A stretch of DNA of 64,000 nt, taken from Octopus bimaculoides (Eukaryota). Positions within the stretch are counted from its first letter, which is position 1. The number at the start of each line of letters is the position of its first letter. The notes under the pieces were generated by a model. That model had not been told where the DNA came from and searched no databases. It was given only the letters and a program-made list of their open reading frames with translations. Location of the stretch: positions 188,756,700 to 188,820,699 of the forward strand of contig NC_068981.1 in the NCBI RefSeq assembly GCF_001194135.2, given 5' to 3'. Shown in pieces: positions 1 to 13,031 of the stretch. The position numbers and the translations under genes are program-made.

Positions 1-38
<38 letters not shown>
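1..38. repeat. (TA)n microsatellite
   Basis: Pure TA run at the window start. Confidence 0.95.
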
Positions 39-40
<2 letters not shown>

Positions 41-777
41 TACTTATATATATCGTACATAAATACATTAAGAAGTAAAAGAAAAACAAGACTAGTTGTT
101 TTGAAGCTATTTACAAGACTTGCAAAGAGAAAGGAAATATTTTACACTTTTACCTTTTATTAGTTTGACTACATCACTAAATGGCAATGACTTCAATATG
201 TTTCTCTTAAATACACGCAAGTTATTATATAAAATCTATCCTGTTCCAATAACCAGCCACTTGATTGATTTTGTGTTCTGAACTTATTTTTCTCTCTTCT
301 GTAGATAGTGAGTTAATTTGAAGAGCATCTGTAAATCTCTCTGTTTTATTCTATTAATATTATTTTGTTCTCTCTACAAGTCTTTATATCAAACCTTAGG
401 TGCTAAGTGTTTTATTTATATTCATTTTCAAAGCAAGACAACTCAATAATTGTTAGTGTTTTGTTACAATGTTTCATATATTACCTTCAATTATTCCTTA
501 TTAAAATATAATATCTGAAATATATGTTGATAAATTTTTATTACCAAAAATGAATTTCCAAACACTCTCTATTATTTTTGATTCCATTGTCTCGAAAACT
601 GTTGAAAACTGAAGAAGAAAATCTGTATAATACACAGGATATTTTGTATTTATTTAAATGCTTAATTATTATTTAAGATAATTGGCAGTTTTAATGTTTT
701 CTGGATATTAATTAATAAGTGCTGCTTATTTTCTTCTAGCACCATCAAAATATTATCATTGCATAGATATATCTCAC

Positions 778-825
778 AATAATCCTCGTAGAGTATTATT
801 AATGCCTCTATTTATAACTTTAAAT
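778..825 (-). CDS. candidate 48-nt internal exon, xFKVINRGINNTLRGLx, product unknown
   Basis: Minus strand ttgtctattgttaatgctag|...|gtgaga; only one frame is open (phase 2/2). No homology recognised. Confidence 0.25.
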
Positions 826-1081
826 CTAGCATTAACAATAGACAAATAATAATGCTACTATGGATGTTGAATTGGCCTAGATGAGTGATATAGTATAGAT
901 TGTAATATGCAGTGATTCCATTAGTTAGCAAAAGATTGGATCTTAATATCGCATTTAACTGAAATGGATTGAGGATAGCTGAACAGAGAGACCTCTATCA
1001 CTGAGAAAAATGGATACTAACTTAACAAATGAAAACCACTAAAACCTCCTTCATTTGCAGCCACTCATAGACAATACTTGT

Positions 1082-1309
1082 TTAACCCTTTCATTACTGT
1101 ATTTATTTTGAGATGCTCTGTGTTTTTTTCAATTGCTTTAAATATAACAAAGAATTTAGTAAAATAACTTAGTTATTGTTAAGCTAGTGTTAGGAACATA
1201 AACTGTGATTAAGGTTTGGTGGAAGATTTTAATTCAAAACTTATGTAAACAAGACATTTGTACTCAGAGCCAGAGCCGGTTTCAGCCAGGTTGGCAATGA
1301 AAAAGTTAA
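1082..1309. mobile_element. piggyBac-like MITE (TTAA-flanked)
   Basis: ttaa-ccctttc ... aaaag-ttaa termini; reverse-complement relative of 54049-54278. Confidence 0.75.
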
Positions 1310-2059
1310 GGTAATCCCATCATAATCCTACAACAATTTTCTAACCAGCCACTGCTCAGTTCAAACACTAAACTAAAGTAATGTAAGCATGAATTCAACT
1401 GACTTCATCCAGTTTCCTATTTATCCCATATTCTTCATTTTATGGTTGGAATTACATGATATAACTGGTGAGAGAGGAGAGTTTGAAGAGAGTGATTTAA
1501 GGGAAGATAGATTTCAATTGCTTTCTATGGGCACCCCAAAGTCAAGTGTTGAAATACCAACTAAGAAGTCTTTGCTTTGCAAGTTATTTGGTAACTCCAC
1601 CAGTGCTGGTGCCACACAAAAAGCATCTATGCTAGTGCTGGGTAAAAAAGCACCTGTGAAGAAGAATCCTCCAAGGGGAGATGGTTTTATGCCAAGGAGG
1701 TGTTGGGAGGTTATTGTATGATAGAGGCACAGGTACAGGTGTATTGCTAAAGACGAAATACATGACTACCATGCATTATATAGGAGTGGGTGGGAGGAGC
1801 TGGAAAGAAGATAGAGATGTTGATGAGAAGGTGCCAAAACACATTGTCAAGGTATAAGACTATGAGAATAACAGAGAATATGGAGTGAAGATGGGAAGGT
1901 ATTGGTGGATAATAAGTTTATAAGAGGGGATTGACAGATAGTTAGGGATGTGGGTAGAGATTAAGTCTGAGGAAATGCAAACCAAAACCTGAATTGGACA
2001 ACGTTGAATCTGCTTGAATATTTTTTTTTTTTTTGGCAAGTAAAAAACATATCTATTTC

Positions 2060-2244
2060 ATTGTGCCATGTTAAAAGCACCCAGTACACTCTGTAAAGTG
2101 GTCAGTGTTAGGAAGTGTATCCAGCCATGGAAACCATGCCAAAACAGACAGAGTTTGGCACAGTCTTCTGATTTGCCAGCTATTGTCAAACTGTCCAACC
2201 CATGCCAGCATGGAAGACAGATGTTAAATGACAATGATGATGAC
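2060..2244 (+). mobile_element. SINE family A copy (aagcacc..ttaggaagggcatccag core, ccaacccatgccagcatggaa..(GAT)n tail)
   Basis: Aligns by eye to copies at 6330-6494, 27450-27635, 51775-51940, 56545-56712 and 61393-61620. Confidence 0.8.
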
Positions 2245-4196
2245 TGTCCATATTCTTGGAAAATTTTTGCTTTTTTACAAGTCCCATCAAGACTTCTGTA
2301 ATTCAAATGATTATTTCAGTTCCAGGCTGGTTTTTAATTACATTTTCTGAATGCTTTGGAGAAATCTAAAATTATTGAAACTTTGCTTTCCCCGATATAA
2401 TATTTATATTAATTTATTAATGGGTTGGGCTGTGTTCACATAACATCCCTTTTCCCAAGTTGTATAAGCTATTTCTTAAGAGGTTGTATTGGGACTTGTG
2501 ATTCAGTGAATGTTAGGCTCAAATACATTTGAAACAAATCAAATTATATAAATCTGTAGATCTTAGCTTTATGTGTCTTCTTTTGCTTCTTTGAAGATTC
2601 CGTATGCAAAAATCACGGTTTATTGATAACAAGATTGGATATAGCTATGAACAAAAAACATATATTGTCAAGGTAAATAGTTTATATTCCCCTGCCAATA
2701 AAACCTGTGAAAAAAAAGGTAAAAGTGTAATTATTTTAAAAAATCTTTTAATCTGATATATTCATTTAAATAAAGCATATTCGTTTAATAAGCTGGAAAA
2801 GAATATGATTTTCTCAAGCAAAATTTGATAAATTAATTTTTTTATTTTTTATTTTTGCACTTAGAGTAATTTTTAAAAGTAGAAAAGTAAATATCAAATG
2901 GTTTAATCTGAAATTTATTTTAGTTTCATTTAAGAGCAACAGATGGGGATATTATGTTAGTAACCTACTTTCCTATCATCATAAGAAAACTGTTTTCTCA
3001 CTACCTGATCGATAGCATTTGTTTATTTGTCCCCCCACCATCATCTTTTTGTATGTCTTTTGACATGAGTGCTTGTGTGCACATTCATGTGTGTATGTGT
3101 ACACACATCTTAGAATGTGTTTCAGGACATTATGCCACTTATTGGTTATGCTTATCATACAATAGAAAATAACTGATTTCAAAAACTTTCAAATATATGA
3201 ATTACTTTCCATTATCTGAGTCAGCTTTTGACTAATAAATGCTCAGCTGTTTCACATCTATATTGCTATCAACCAACTTATGAATAGAATATTTTTGTAC
3301 TTCAACAAAAAAAATGTTTTATATCGAATAGATTATTAGCTCTTGATTTGCTGGTTCATTCATAAATGTGAGAGAAGTTTTAAGCAAATAAATTCGCTTA
3401 AAATGTGTGCAATTCATTGATTGATCTCATTGCAAATTTGTATCTCTCTCTTTTTTTACTCATTTATCTTTGTTTGGCAAATTGAAGATAACGGTTGCAT
3501 TCACAACTAAAATGGAAGCTTTGATATCATATCAGAATAAAATTAATAGTTGTATGCAATTTTCAGGAGTTTAGTAAATATTTTCCTGACAAATGTTTAG
3601 TCTTTATCTAGAAAAAAAAAAAAAAGAAAACTTGGAAGGAAATTGGCATAAATGTTTATAGTTTAAGGCCTAAATCGTTAAAAATATACATTTTTTTTTT
3701 TTATCAAATACTACCATTATTTTATTGTGATTATCAATTACCACTGTGTTTTCAGTAGCCAAAAGGGAATTAAAAGCTATGTTTATAAAGAATGGAAGAA
3801 AGTCTAATCTACTCTTAAAAACAGTACCAATTGAGTTAAAAGGACAATTTAATTAACTATACCGTCTCTCAAAAATGTGCTATCTTGTGTCTATATTAGA
3901 AGTCAATATTTATTCTTGAAAAACTTAAATTTTATTATTCATAAGGTCATTTATATCACTACAGTAATTCCACAAGTATTATATGTATATATTTAAGTTT
4001 ATAAATCAGTTATCTAAATGTTTACATAGTGGGGGGAAAAAAAAAAAAAAAAAATCTCTTAATCCTCGAATTTTTTATCGAAAATTTTATTTCTTTTTCA
4101 ATTAGTCTATTTTTATTCACAACATTTATTTTTTTGTGCTCAGAAAAAATATAATGATTGTTCTTAGATCTAATTTGAGAAATAAATTTTCTAAAT

Positions 4197-4435
4197 CAAT
4201 GGCTTTCTACCCCTTGGTGGGGGTCCATATAAAATTTTGTTAAAATCTGTGAGCAATAAATTGGTTCTACTTCTACAATGCAGAATATTTTAACAATTTT
4301 TAAAATACAATTCCTTATAATATTTAAGAATATAAAAATATAAGAGGATTTTTAAAACATTGAATGACTGAGCATCCAGTAGAATAACAGAGGAATCAAA
4401 GAGCTCCATTGGCAAAAAATGGTTGAGAACCACTG
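4197..4435. mobile_element. hAT/Charlie-like MITE
   Basis: Right TIR ggttgagaaccactg, degenerate left TIR caatggctttctacc; 8-bp TSD ttctaaat/atctaaat. Confidence 0.7.
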
Positions 4436-4589
4436 ATCTAAATCATAATTCAGCTATAGTCTACATTATCATCAATGTTTTACCATCCACTTTTCCAGGC
4501 TTGCATGGGTCAGATGGAATTAACTGAGGCAGATTTTCTATGATCGGAGGCTCTTTTTGTCAAAAAATCTGCACTTTTTTCCAAACAAT

Positions 4590-4975
4590 CAAACCTGGAC
4601 ATCAAACCATTAATCTTTAATTAACAAAGTTAACATTTACGTTAACGATTTAACTTTTAAGTTAACTTTGGAAATCATTATTGGACTAATTAATTTCTGT
4701 TAAATCAAGACAACTTGAGTTAACTTCTGTTAACTTCAATTCAATTCAATTGAGGTTAACGGATTTTGTAGTTTTGGCACTTTTTAAAGGTGTTTTTAGA
4801 GCAAAAACTGATTTCTTTTCTTTTTTCTATAATAAAAATTAACGTTACCAGTTTATTGATAACTTATGTTACATTAGGAAATAATTGACTGATTAACAGT
4901 TATCGAAGTTAACTTTTTGGTTAACGGATTAAAGGTTAACAAAGTTAACTTTTTGATTTATAGAGCCTGCCTTTG
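4590..4975. mobile_element. hAT-like MITE rich in GTTAAC palindromes
   Basis: Termini caaacctggaca / gcctgcctttg; 8-bp TSD caaacaat/cagacaat; 10 GTTAAC hexamers; it splits an older repeat. Confidence 0.65.
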
Positions 4976-5180
4976 CAGACAATATAATAATTCCCTGCAA
5001 TTGAACATGTTTTCACAGAGCAGAAACAAAGGTGCTGCTTGTATATTGGTGATGCTCCTTTTTGCAACTATTGCACAATGTCAAGACGAACACACACAAA
5101 TACCCATATGTGCATGTGTATTTGTGTCACCTTGTCTCAATGTGCATGCATGTTGATGATGATAAGCCTCTTTCAGTTTC

Positions 5181-5415
5181 TTATTTCTTTATTGCCCACA
5201 AGGGGCTAAACATAGAGGGGACAAACAAGGACAGACAAAGGGATTAAGTCGATTACATCGACCCCAGTGCTTAACTGGTACTTAATTTATCGACCCTGAA
5301 AGGATGAAAGGCAAAGTCGACCTTGGCGGAATTTGAACTCAGAACGTAACGGCAGACGAAATAACGCTAAGCATTTCGCCCGGCGTGCTAACGGTTCTGC
5401 CAGCTCTGCCACCTT
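5181..5415 (-). mobile_element. SINE family B (tRNA-like head gagctggcagaa..gttctgagttcaaattccgc), nested in a family C fragment
   Basis: Full-length copy; 18-bp TSD taagcctctttcagtttc at 5163-5180 and 5416-5433. Confidence 0.9.
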
Positions 5416-5602
5416 TAAGCCTCTTTCAGTTTCCATCAACCAAATCCATTGACAAGGCTTTGATTGGCTCAGAATATAGTAGAAGACATTTGACTATGGT
5501 ACCACACAATGAGACTGAACCTAAAACCACGTGGTTGGGAAACAAACTTCATAATCACACAACCAAGACTGCACCAGCATACATTAAAAGTAATTTACTC
5601 AC

Positions 5603-5611
5603 CATGTAGAA
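5603..5611 (-). CDS. candidate 9-nt microexon TTCTACATG
   Basis: Minus strand tatcctatttag|TTCTACATG|gtgagtaa; 3n length, consensus donor. Confidence 0.2.
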
Positions 5612-6101
5612 CTAAATAGGATATATATATCTTTTTTTTAGCAATACAATCTTTCTTTAGTTAATATAAACCACCTGGATCTATCTATACTGGAACTTTG
5701 ACAGTATGAAAGTGTCTTGAGTTAACTGTTGTTATATTGTTATTGTTAGCTTAACTTTCAACAAAATTGGTAAGTTAGAGGAAGATGCTGTACTGTAGTT
5801 GCAGCGAGAAGAAATAGTTTGTTGGGGACTTTGGAAGGTAGCCATCCAGCATTGTTTTAAATCTTGACGGAATCGTTGATATTTCTTATATCCTTTTATA
5901 GACATATAAGCTTTCTTCTAAGTTATGTTGTGAAGTTTATTAATCTGAAGTAGATTACATTAAAAATTGGATATATTTTACATTATATGAGGTATGGATT
6001 ATTGGGATTATTCATATTAATTGTACACATAATTACATATATGCATACATGCACACACTGTATGTAGATATATATATCTATATATATATATATATCATGA
6101 T

Positions 6102-6494
6102 CATTGCCAGGGCAGCTGACTGGCTCTGTGCCAGTGACATGTAAAAAGCACCATTCGAGTGTGATTGTTACCAGTGTTGCCTTACTGGCACTTGTGCTGG
6201 TGGCACGTGAAAAACAACAATCGAGCGAGGTCGTTGCCAGTGCAGGTGACACGTAAAAAACACTTTTTGAGTGTGGTCATTGCCAGTACCGCCTGACTGG
6301 CCCTTGTACCGGTGGCACGTAAAAGCACCCACTACACTATTGGGGTGGTTGGTGTTAGGAAGGGCATCCAGCTGTAGAAACTCTGCCAGATCTAATTGGA
6401 GCCTGGTGCAGCCATCTAGCTCGCCAGTCCCCAGTCAAACCATCCAACCCATACCAGCATGGAAAGTGGACATTAAACAATGATGATGATGATC
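6102..6494 (+). mobile_element. SINE family A with four upstream ~65-bp tandem modules
   Basis: Module gccagt..actggc..gtgccggtggcacgtaaaaagcacc repeated over 6102-6330, followed by the family A core and (GAT)n tail. Confidence 0.85.
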
Positions 6495-6680
6495 AAGTAG
6501 TCAGTGTGAAAACCTTCTAAGGGAAAAAATTTATAATCATTCCCTTTAAATACATTTATTATATTAAGGGCATTACTACATGTAAATGCCTCACGCCATT
6601 TTGACTCTTAAAGTCAAAACTACCATAAATACACAGTGTACCGAACGTGAGGGAATGCAACTTTCAGAGCCAGCCTCTTA

Positions 6681-6720
<40 letters not shown>

Positions 6721-7124
6721 TATATATAGTAGTTTCTCCCATCATTAGACAACGTATGAGGGTTCACCAATTCTTACTGAGCAACCACACAAATGATTTG
6801 CTTATAGTGATCAAATGTTTGTGTGGATAGAAGCTCGCTCCCTCCATCAAATTGACATTACCTGTAAAGGTGCAACTGGGTGCCACATTACAGATGTTGA
6901 AATGATCACATAGGAACATGAAATGAAGTGCTTCGCTCATAAACACAATGCACTGACCGGTCTGGTTAATAATTAATTTATTACCATCCACTCTTCCAGG
7001 TTTGTATGGGTCAGATGGAATTCGAGGGAGATTTCCTATGTTAATAAATTATCAAATTATCAATGGTAATAAACTACTAATCATTGACTTTCCATTTTCT
7101 TCTCTTAATTGAATATATATATAT

Positions 7125-7943
7125 ACTAGCAGTATAACCCGACCTTGTCCAGGTATGACTTATTACGCCATCTACGATAAGTCTTGCTAGGTGAAAATCA
7201 ACTAAAAAAGAAAGCCTTACAACGAAAAAACCCTTATGATGTAAATATGTTCATAATTCAAAAGACGATGAAATTAATAGGGAAAGTCTGAAGGCTGTTT
7301 TGTGTAACATTATTAAGCGTACGTAAATTTCATCCGTCTAATTGGCTATAGAAATGCTTGTGCAAAACAACTTTTTGTGCTGCGCTGATTATACATAGCA
7401 GGGTAATCCCTTTTCGCAGGAGCAAGGATGGCAATTTGTGATCAAGCAATTGCTGGTTATCTGTTGCTACACAGTTCTGCCAGAATTCTATCAGATTGGG
7501 CAGAAGATGTTGATGCACCATTTTGCATTATGTTCAAAGTAGCTTCTGGAATGTGGTGAATTGCTGCAGTCTATTGCTGTCATTTAAAACCGGTTGCTTT
7601 CTTTCCCCAGCAAACTCTCTTCTTTGGAAGCATAATCTATGTATATATATTAAACAGAACAACAAAAGTTATAATAGATGACAGGGTCGGTACTTTTCAC
7701 ATATCTGTAATTTTTCAGATTAACACCTGCACGATTATCCAACCCTAATCCTAAACCTAACACTAACCCTAAAACCCTAACCCTGACCCTAAAACCGTAA
7801 CCGTAACACTAATCCTAACCCTAACTCCTAACCCTAACTCTAACACCCTAGTGAAAATCGTGGTATATTTACAAAACATTGACGAACATGAGTTATATTT
7901 TACTGAATGATTGTGTACTTGCATGTGTATGCGTTTGAGAGAG
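7125..7943 (-). mobile_element. Helitron-like non-autonomous element, 3' end (5' end lost in gap)
   Basis: Minus strand degenerate GC-rich palindrome cctggacaaggtcggg, then ttatactg-CTAG|T, matching the CTRR terminus rule; extent is inferred. Confidence 0.55.
7741..7850. repeat. degenerate (CCCTAA)n telomere-like array
   Basis: About 110 bp of aaccct/accgta/acacta variants. Confidence 0.8.
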
Positions 7944-8492
7944 NNNNNNNNNNNNNNNNNNNNNNNNNNNNNNNNNNNNNNNNNNNNNNNNNNNNNNNNN
8001 NNNNNNNNNNNNNNNNNNNNNNNNNNNNNNNNNNNNNNNNNNNNNNNNNNNNNNNNNNNNNNNNNNNNNNNNNNNNNNNNNNNNNNNNNNNNNNNNNNNN
8101 NNNNNNNNNNNNNNNNNNNNNNNNNNNNNNNNNNNNNNNNNNNNNNNNNNNNNNNNNNNNNNNNNNNNNNNNNNNNNNNNNNNNNNNNNNNNNNNNNNNN
8201 NNNNNNNNNNNNNNNNNNNNNNNNNNNNNNNNNNNNNNNNNNNNNNNNNNNNNNNNNNNNNNNNNNNNNNNNNNNNNNNNNNNNNNNNNNNNNNNNNNNN
8301 NNNNNNNNNNNNNNNNNNNNNNNNNNNNNNNNNNNNNNNNNNNNNNNNNNNNNNNNNNNNNNNNNNNNNNNNNNNNNNNNNNNNNNNNNNNNNNNNNNNN
8401 NNNNNNNNNNNNNNNNNNNNNNNNNNNNNNNNNNNNNNNNNNNNNNNNNNNNNNNNNNNNNNNNNNNNNNNNNNNNNNNNNNNNNNNNNNNN
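7944..8492. other. assembly gap (others: 29200-29209, 31709-31984, 42721-43348, 43983-44297, 44582-44591, 61919-62275)
   Basis: N runs. Confidence 1.
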
Positions 8493-8822
8493 ATGTTATG
8501 AAAAATAGGTAAAGAATACTGAGAAGAAAGTTTAATCTATGACGTTGTATGTATCACTTTCTCTCTCTGTTGAGCGCGTGTGTAAGAACGCTGTTCCAGG
8601 TAGAAGGGAAGAAATATAAAACTTGCTAGAAACAACAGCCAAATCTCCCTTAAATCATACAAAGTAAACGGAATTTTAAAAATCTAATTACTGCACTGGA
8701 AAGTTAACATCAAGAAAATTCCATTGATGTAAAATTTTTTACGAAAAAATGGAAAATGTGGATTTCTATAAACTTTTAAAAAGGCTTCACACAGACACAC
8801 AACTTCAGCTTTATATATTAAG

Positions 8823-8857
<35 letters not shown>

Positions 8858-10400
8858 CTGCTGAGTGGTTGGTGTTAGGAAGGGCATCAAGCTATAAAAG
8901 TCTTGCCAAAACAGTCACAAAAGTCTGGTGCAGACTTCTGCCTGGCCGGTTCCTGTTAAACCATCCCACCCATGCCAGTATGGAAGGCAGATGTTAAGCA
9001 ATGATGATGACAATGATGATACTGTATGTATAACAAATATAAATTTGTTACCAGTTCAAATATGCTTGAGGCATATTTGAACCCATAAGAAAGCCATTTA
9101 CTGTTTTTTGCCATGGAGAAAATATTCTTGCTGTTGACAAATAGGTATGAATACACTGAGTCAATCCACAGCATTCCCTAACCAGACAATGGAATGCATA
9201 CATTTCAGAGTGGTTATCTCCTCTTCAGCAGCAGACACCAAAAAGGCAGATGCTGTGAATGGGCATGGGAGACAAGTCTCTCTTGTGATATTCCTGTTAT
9301 TGTTCAATGGATTAAAGGGTTCTACACTATCAACCTTCTCCCCCTACCCACATTTCACCCCCTGATATCCAAAAAGCACTGATAATGGTACCACATAAAA
9401 AGTACTGGTGTAGGTGCCTTGTGAAAAGCATCCTGTACTCTCTGTAAAGTAGTTGGCATTAGCAAGGCATCCAGCCATAGAAACCAAGCCAAAACACACT
9501 ATGGAACCTGTCAAACTGTCTAACCCATGTCAGAATAGAAAACGAACATTAAATGATGATAATGATGATGATGATTTTATATATATATATATCTTAGTCT
9601 ATGCATGCACACAAAATAAAGAGAGAGTGAATACAATTCAATTCTTTTCTTGCTATTTGCAGTGACAAGGTGTATACACTTGAATTTGACTCACAAAATA
9701 TAAAGTTAGATAAAATAAATACAAAAACAAACACAGAAGAAGCCAAAAAAGTGGCAAATAAAATCATTTTAAAACATATATATGTGTGTATACAAAGGTC
9801 ACAGTGACTTTCTATGTATTCATTTGTAAAGTATAGAGAGTTGAGTAAAGTGGATTCTTGTGAAAGAATAAAATCTCAGTGTTGAAGTCAAAGATGCACA
9901 AAGCACAAAGTTTCTCAATGCATCACTGATTCCAGCTAATAATGGTCTACTCTGCTTTTGATCCAATGGAATTCTCTAGTCTAAGACTTTGTAGTTCCAA
10001 AACTACTTTAATGGAAATATTATATTGGAAAGTCAAACTATACTCACAAAAGTGTCTTACCTATCATTTTTTTTTCAGCTGTGTACACATACATTGTATG
10101 TATGTATGTATCCTCCACGTCCTCATCATCATCCTTTTAACATCCATTTTCCATGGTGGCATGAGTTGGAATGTATGCATGTATATGTACGTGTGTGTAT
10201 GTGTGTGTGTGTGTGTAGCAGAATATACGTAATCATTATTAAATGATCATATTTCATGCCAGCATGAGTTGGACTGTTTAACACGAGCTAATGGAGCCAA
10301 GGATTACATCATCTCTCAGTGGTCTGCTTTGGCAGAGTATCTGCAGCCAGATCCCCTTCCTTCTACCTATATGTATGTACGTACATATCTATATTCATCC

Positions 10401-10438
<38 letters not shown>

Positions 10439-11249
10439 ATATATATATATATATATATATAATCTTATGAAGAGAAACTGGTAATATCCTGTATGGACCA
10501 GCTTTCATTATATTTGGAAATATTAAGTTGTTGCTTAGCACCAAATCAACCTTGACTGAGCAGATCTCTCATCCTTCCAGCTATGACCACACCATTATGT
10601 ACCATGTCTACCTTATCAAATATGTGTCCCTCTCATTTTTTTTTTTTTTTTGAGATACTGGAGAGTTATTTGGGTGTGATTTGGCCGTTATTTTTTAGCT
10701 CTTAAATAATATGTATATACATACACTACGATTTCTTGTGTGACTGAACAAACTTCTAATCATTCCAACCACGATCATCAAGCCTTTTGCAAGAATATAT
10801 ACAATTACCTTATCTAATAAGTATCCTTTGTCCTTTTTAAGACACTAAAGTGTGATTTGGGGGTGATTTGGAGGCTATTTCTCAGCATTTAATGGACTAG
10901 AATACAAACCAAGGGTTAACTTTTGTTTTAAACAAGTCTTTTTACATCTATTATAGACATCTCAAGTGAATTAAGCATTTTGCATTAGCTTCCATTGCAA
11001 TGGTTGGACATTAAAGTATTCCATCTAATTAGGTTTTGATTGCGTTTTGCTTTTTTTGATCATTTCTAGTATTGAATGATGGACACCAACTTTTGCCACA
11101 AAATATGTCTTCCTAACTTAATTTGGTTTTACTTTCTCATGGGATTGATGTTTAATAGATTTGATATCCCTGTGTAGGTCAATAATTTGTAGTGGTGGAT
11201 CATATCTTCAATTTCTTTACAATGCCTTTTTTTTCTCCTCTCAATAATA

Positions 11250-11830
11250 TCTATATTCCTTGTCTGGAAAAGAGCCAGTTGTTTAATGTGCTATACGAAT
11301 GCCCCAAATATTTATGAAATCCATAGCCTTGGCAAAATATTCATTTAGATCAGATAAAGTAATTTTAAGAGTGGTTCATTCCACAGTATCAAATAGCCAC
11401 AAAGCCAGTATTCAGTATTCTCAATGCAGTATTGACTGTGCTGGTAGATTGAAGCTTGCATATCTGTTTGCAAATGGGAAGCACGAAAACTGAATCATAA
11501 TAGGATTTATGTGTTGGCAATGTAATGTTCAACATTTGGGGTCATCATGCAACAGAGATCTAGAGATTGATTCATAATGCGTATGTGAGGGAAGGAGTCC
11601 AGTCTTTGTGCTGCAGCCTTGGTTCTATTGCTTGCCATTGTTATGAAAAAAAAGAACATGAGGTTTTAGCTTTATATCGATAAGAAGTATAGAAAGTTTT
11701 GTGATGTGAGTAAATTTTCTTGCTTTATGTAGTATTTGTCTTAATATTTGTGAATGAGACTAAGTTATCATTTGTTTGTTGTGATGGATATTTTTCATGG
11801 AGCTTAGGTATATTCATTCAAAGGTGTTGG
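11250..11830 (-). mobile_element. highly decayed Penelope-like reverse transcriptase relic
   Basis: Colinear minus-strand remnants IPKLHEK (cf. LPKIHK), LLIDIK (cf. SLDIKSL), Q..NPIM..FSCFPFANRY (cf. Q..G.AMG..SP.FAN.Y) and YWL..YLILWNE (cf. W.RY.DD.F.IW), with stops and frameshifts. Confidence 0.45.
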
Positions 11831-13031
11831 TAGTGTACACATATAGGTCAGGGTGGTGGAGAAGATATTATAGAGGCCTTTGTAGAGGAATGTCTTAGGT
11901 ATTATCAACAATGAGCAGTCAATATAAATGGAGAAGTATGGAGAAGGCAATTTGAACCATAGATACAGAAGATTTGGTAGTTCAGGATTGTCACAGATTG
12001 CAAGGAACTGCTTTGAAATAAAACTTCTAATTAGGTAGAAGAAAAGCAGGTGGAGACAATGAATTTATGCATAGGCTTCATTTATGCCAGATGAGGTGCA
12101 GTCAAAGACTTTATGATGTCAAGGACAATAATGATGCTTTCATTAATGTTCTCAATTATAAAAGGTTACAAGTGTATGTGACATAAGAATGGAGGATTAC
12201 ATGTATCTAGGGTTATGTAGAAACGATACTTTTCAATTGTGAAGTGGAGAAAGAATTCAGCATGGCAATTGAGATATTAGATCAGTTATTGACAGAGGGG
12301 AGAAGTATATCTTCAGTAAATGTGATAATCTGAGAGGTTACCCTTTTGTGAAGATATATCCCTAATTACGAGCAGATATCCATTAAAAGAGGAAGATTGA
12401 AGTGTTTGAAATGATTAGGGATCAATTTAAGAACAATTTTTTGAGAGACACGTGATGATTGGAATATTGCCTGGTTCAGTTACTTTAAATCTAGGCAACA
12501 AAAGTAATTTCTACACTTGCCAGTTGTGTGCACACATTGCAATAAAAATATTAGGTTGGTAAAAAGAAGACAAATGTGGTATCTCTATCTGAAAGAATTC
12601 TGATTAATTCTTGGAATATTACTTACTATTATATCTAGCACATAAACATCTTTGAAAAATGTAATAATGAAGATATTACAGTTCAGATTATTGAATTTAC
12701 CCTACCTTAGGTGTTTCATTAATTATCAATCTTGAGGCCATCTCTTCTTCATCTATTTCTCAAAAGACTTTAACAGTTACTTCTAAATCATGATTATTAG
12801 CTTAAATATCATAGACAAAAGAGAATAAGAAATAAAAATATTAGCTTTTCTGGATTTTGTGAAGATCTAATAATGGTTCAATATAATGGTACTTATGAGT
12901 CAGGCATAAATGAATATATAATAGAGATGTAAGAAAAAGAAGCTTAAATCTTTTACATAGAATACTTTACAGCATATTTAGTAGAGAGTTTCACTGTATT
13001 TTACTTTCAACAATTTAAATCTTGTAAATTT

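Noticed and set aside
305-307. Plus-strand ctgtag|ATA|gtgagt 3-nt microexon
   Set aside because: Single chance-level motif on the strand opposite to the other candidates; no supporting context.
1389-1721. 110-aa ORF
   Set aside because: No recognisable domain; overlaps purine-rich decayed repeat-like sequence.
2597-2672. Plus-strand exon-like segment (FRMQKSRFIDNKIGYSYEQKTYIVK)
   Set aside because: Two frames are open, there is no recognisable homology and no credible neighbouring exons; cannot be supported.
7907-8512. ORFs spanning N-runs (also 31552-32104, 42628-43422, 61870-62338)
   Set aside because: Artefacts of translating gaps.
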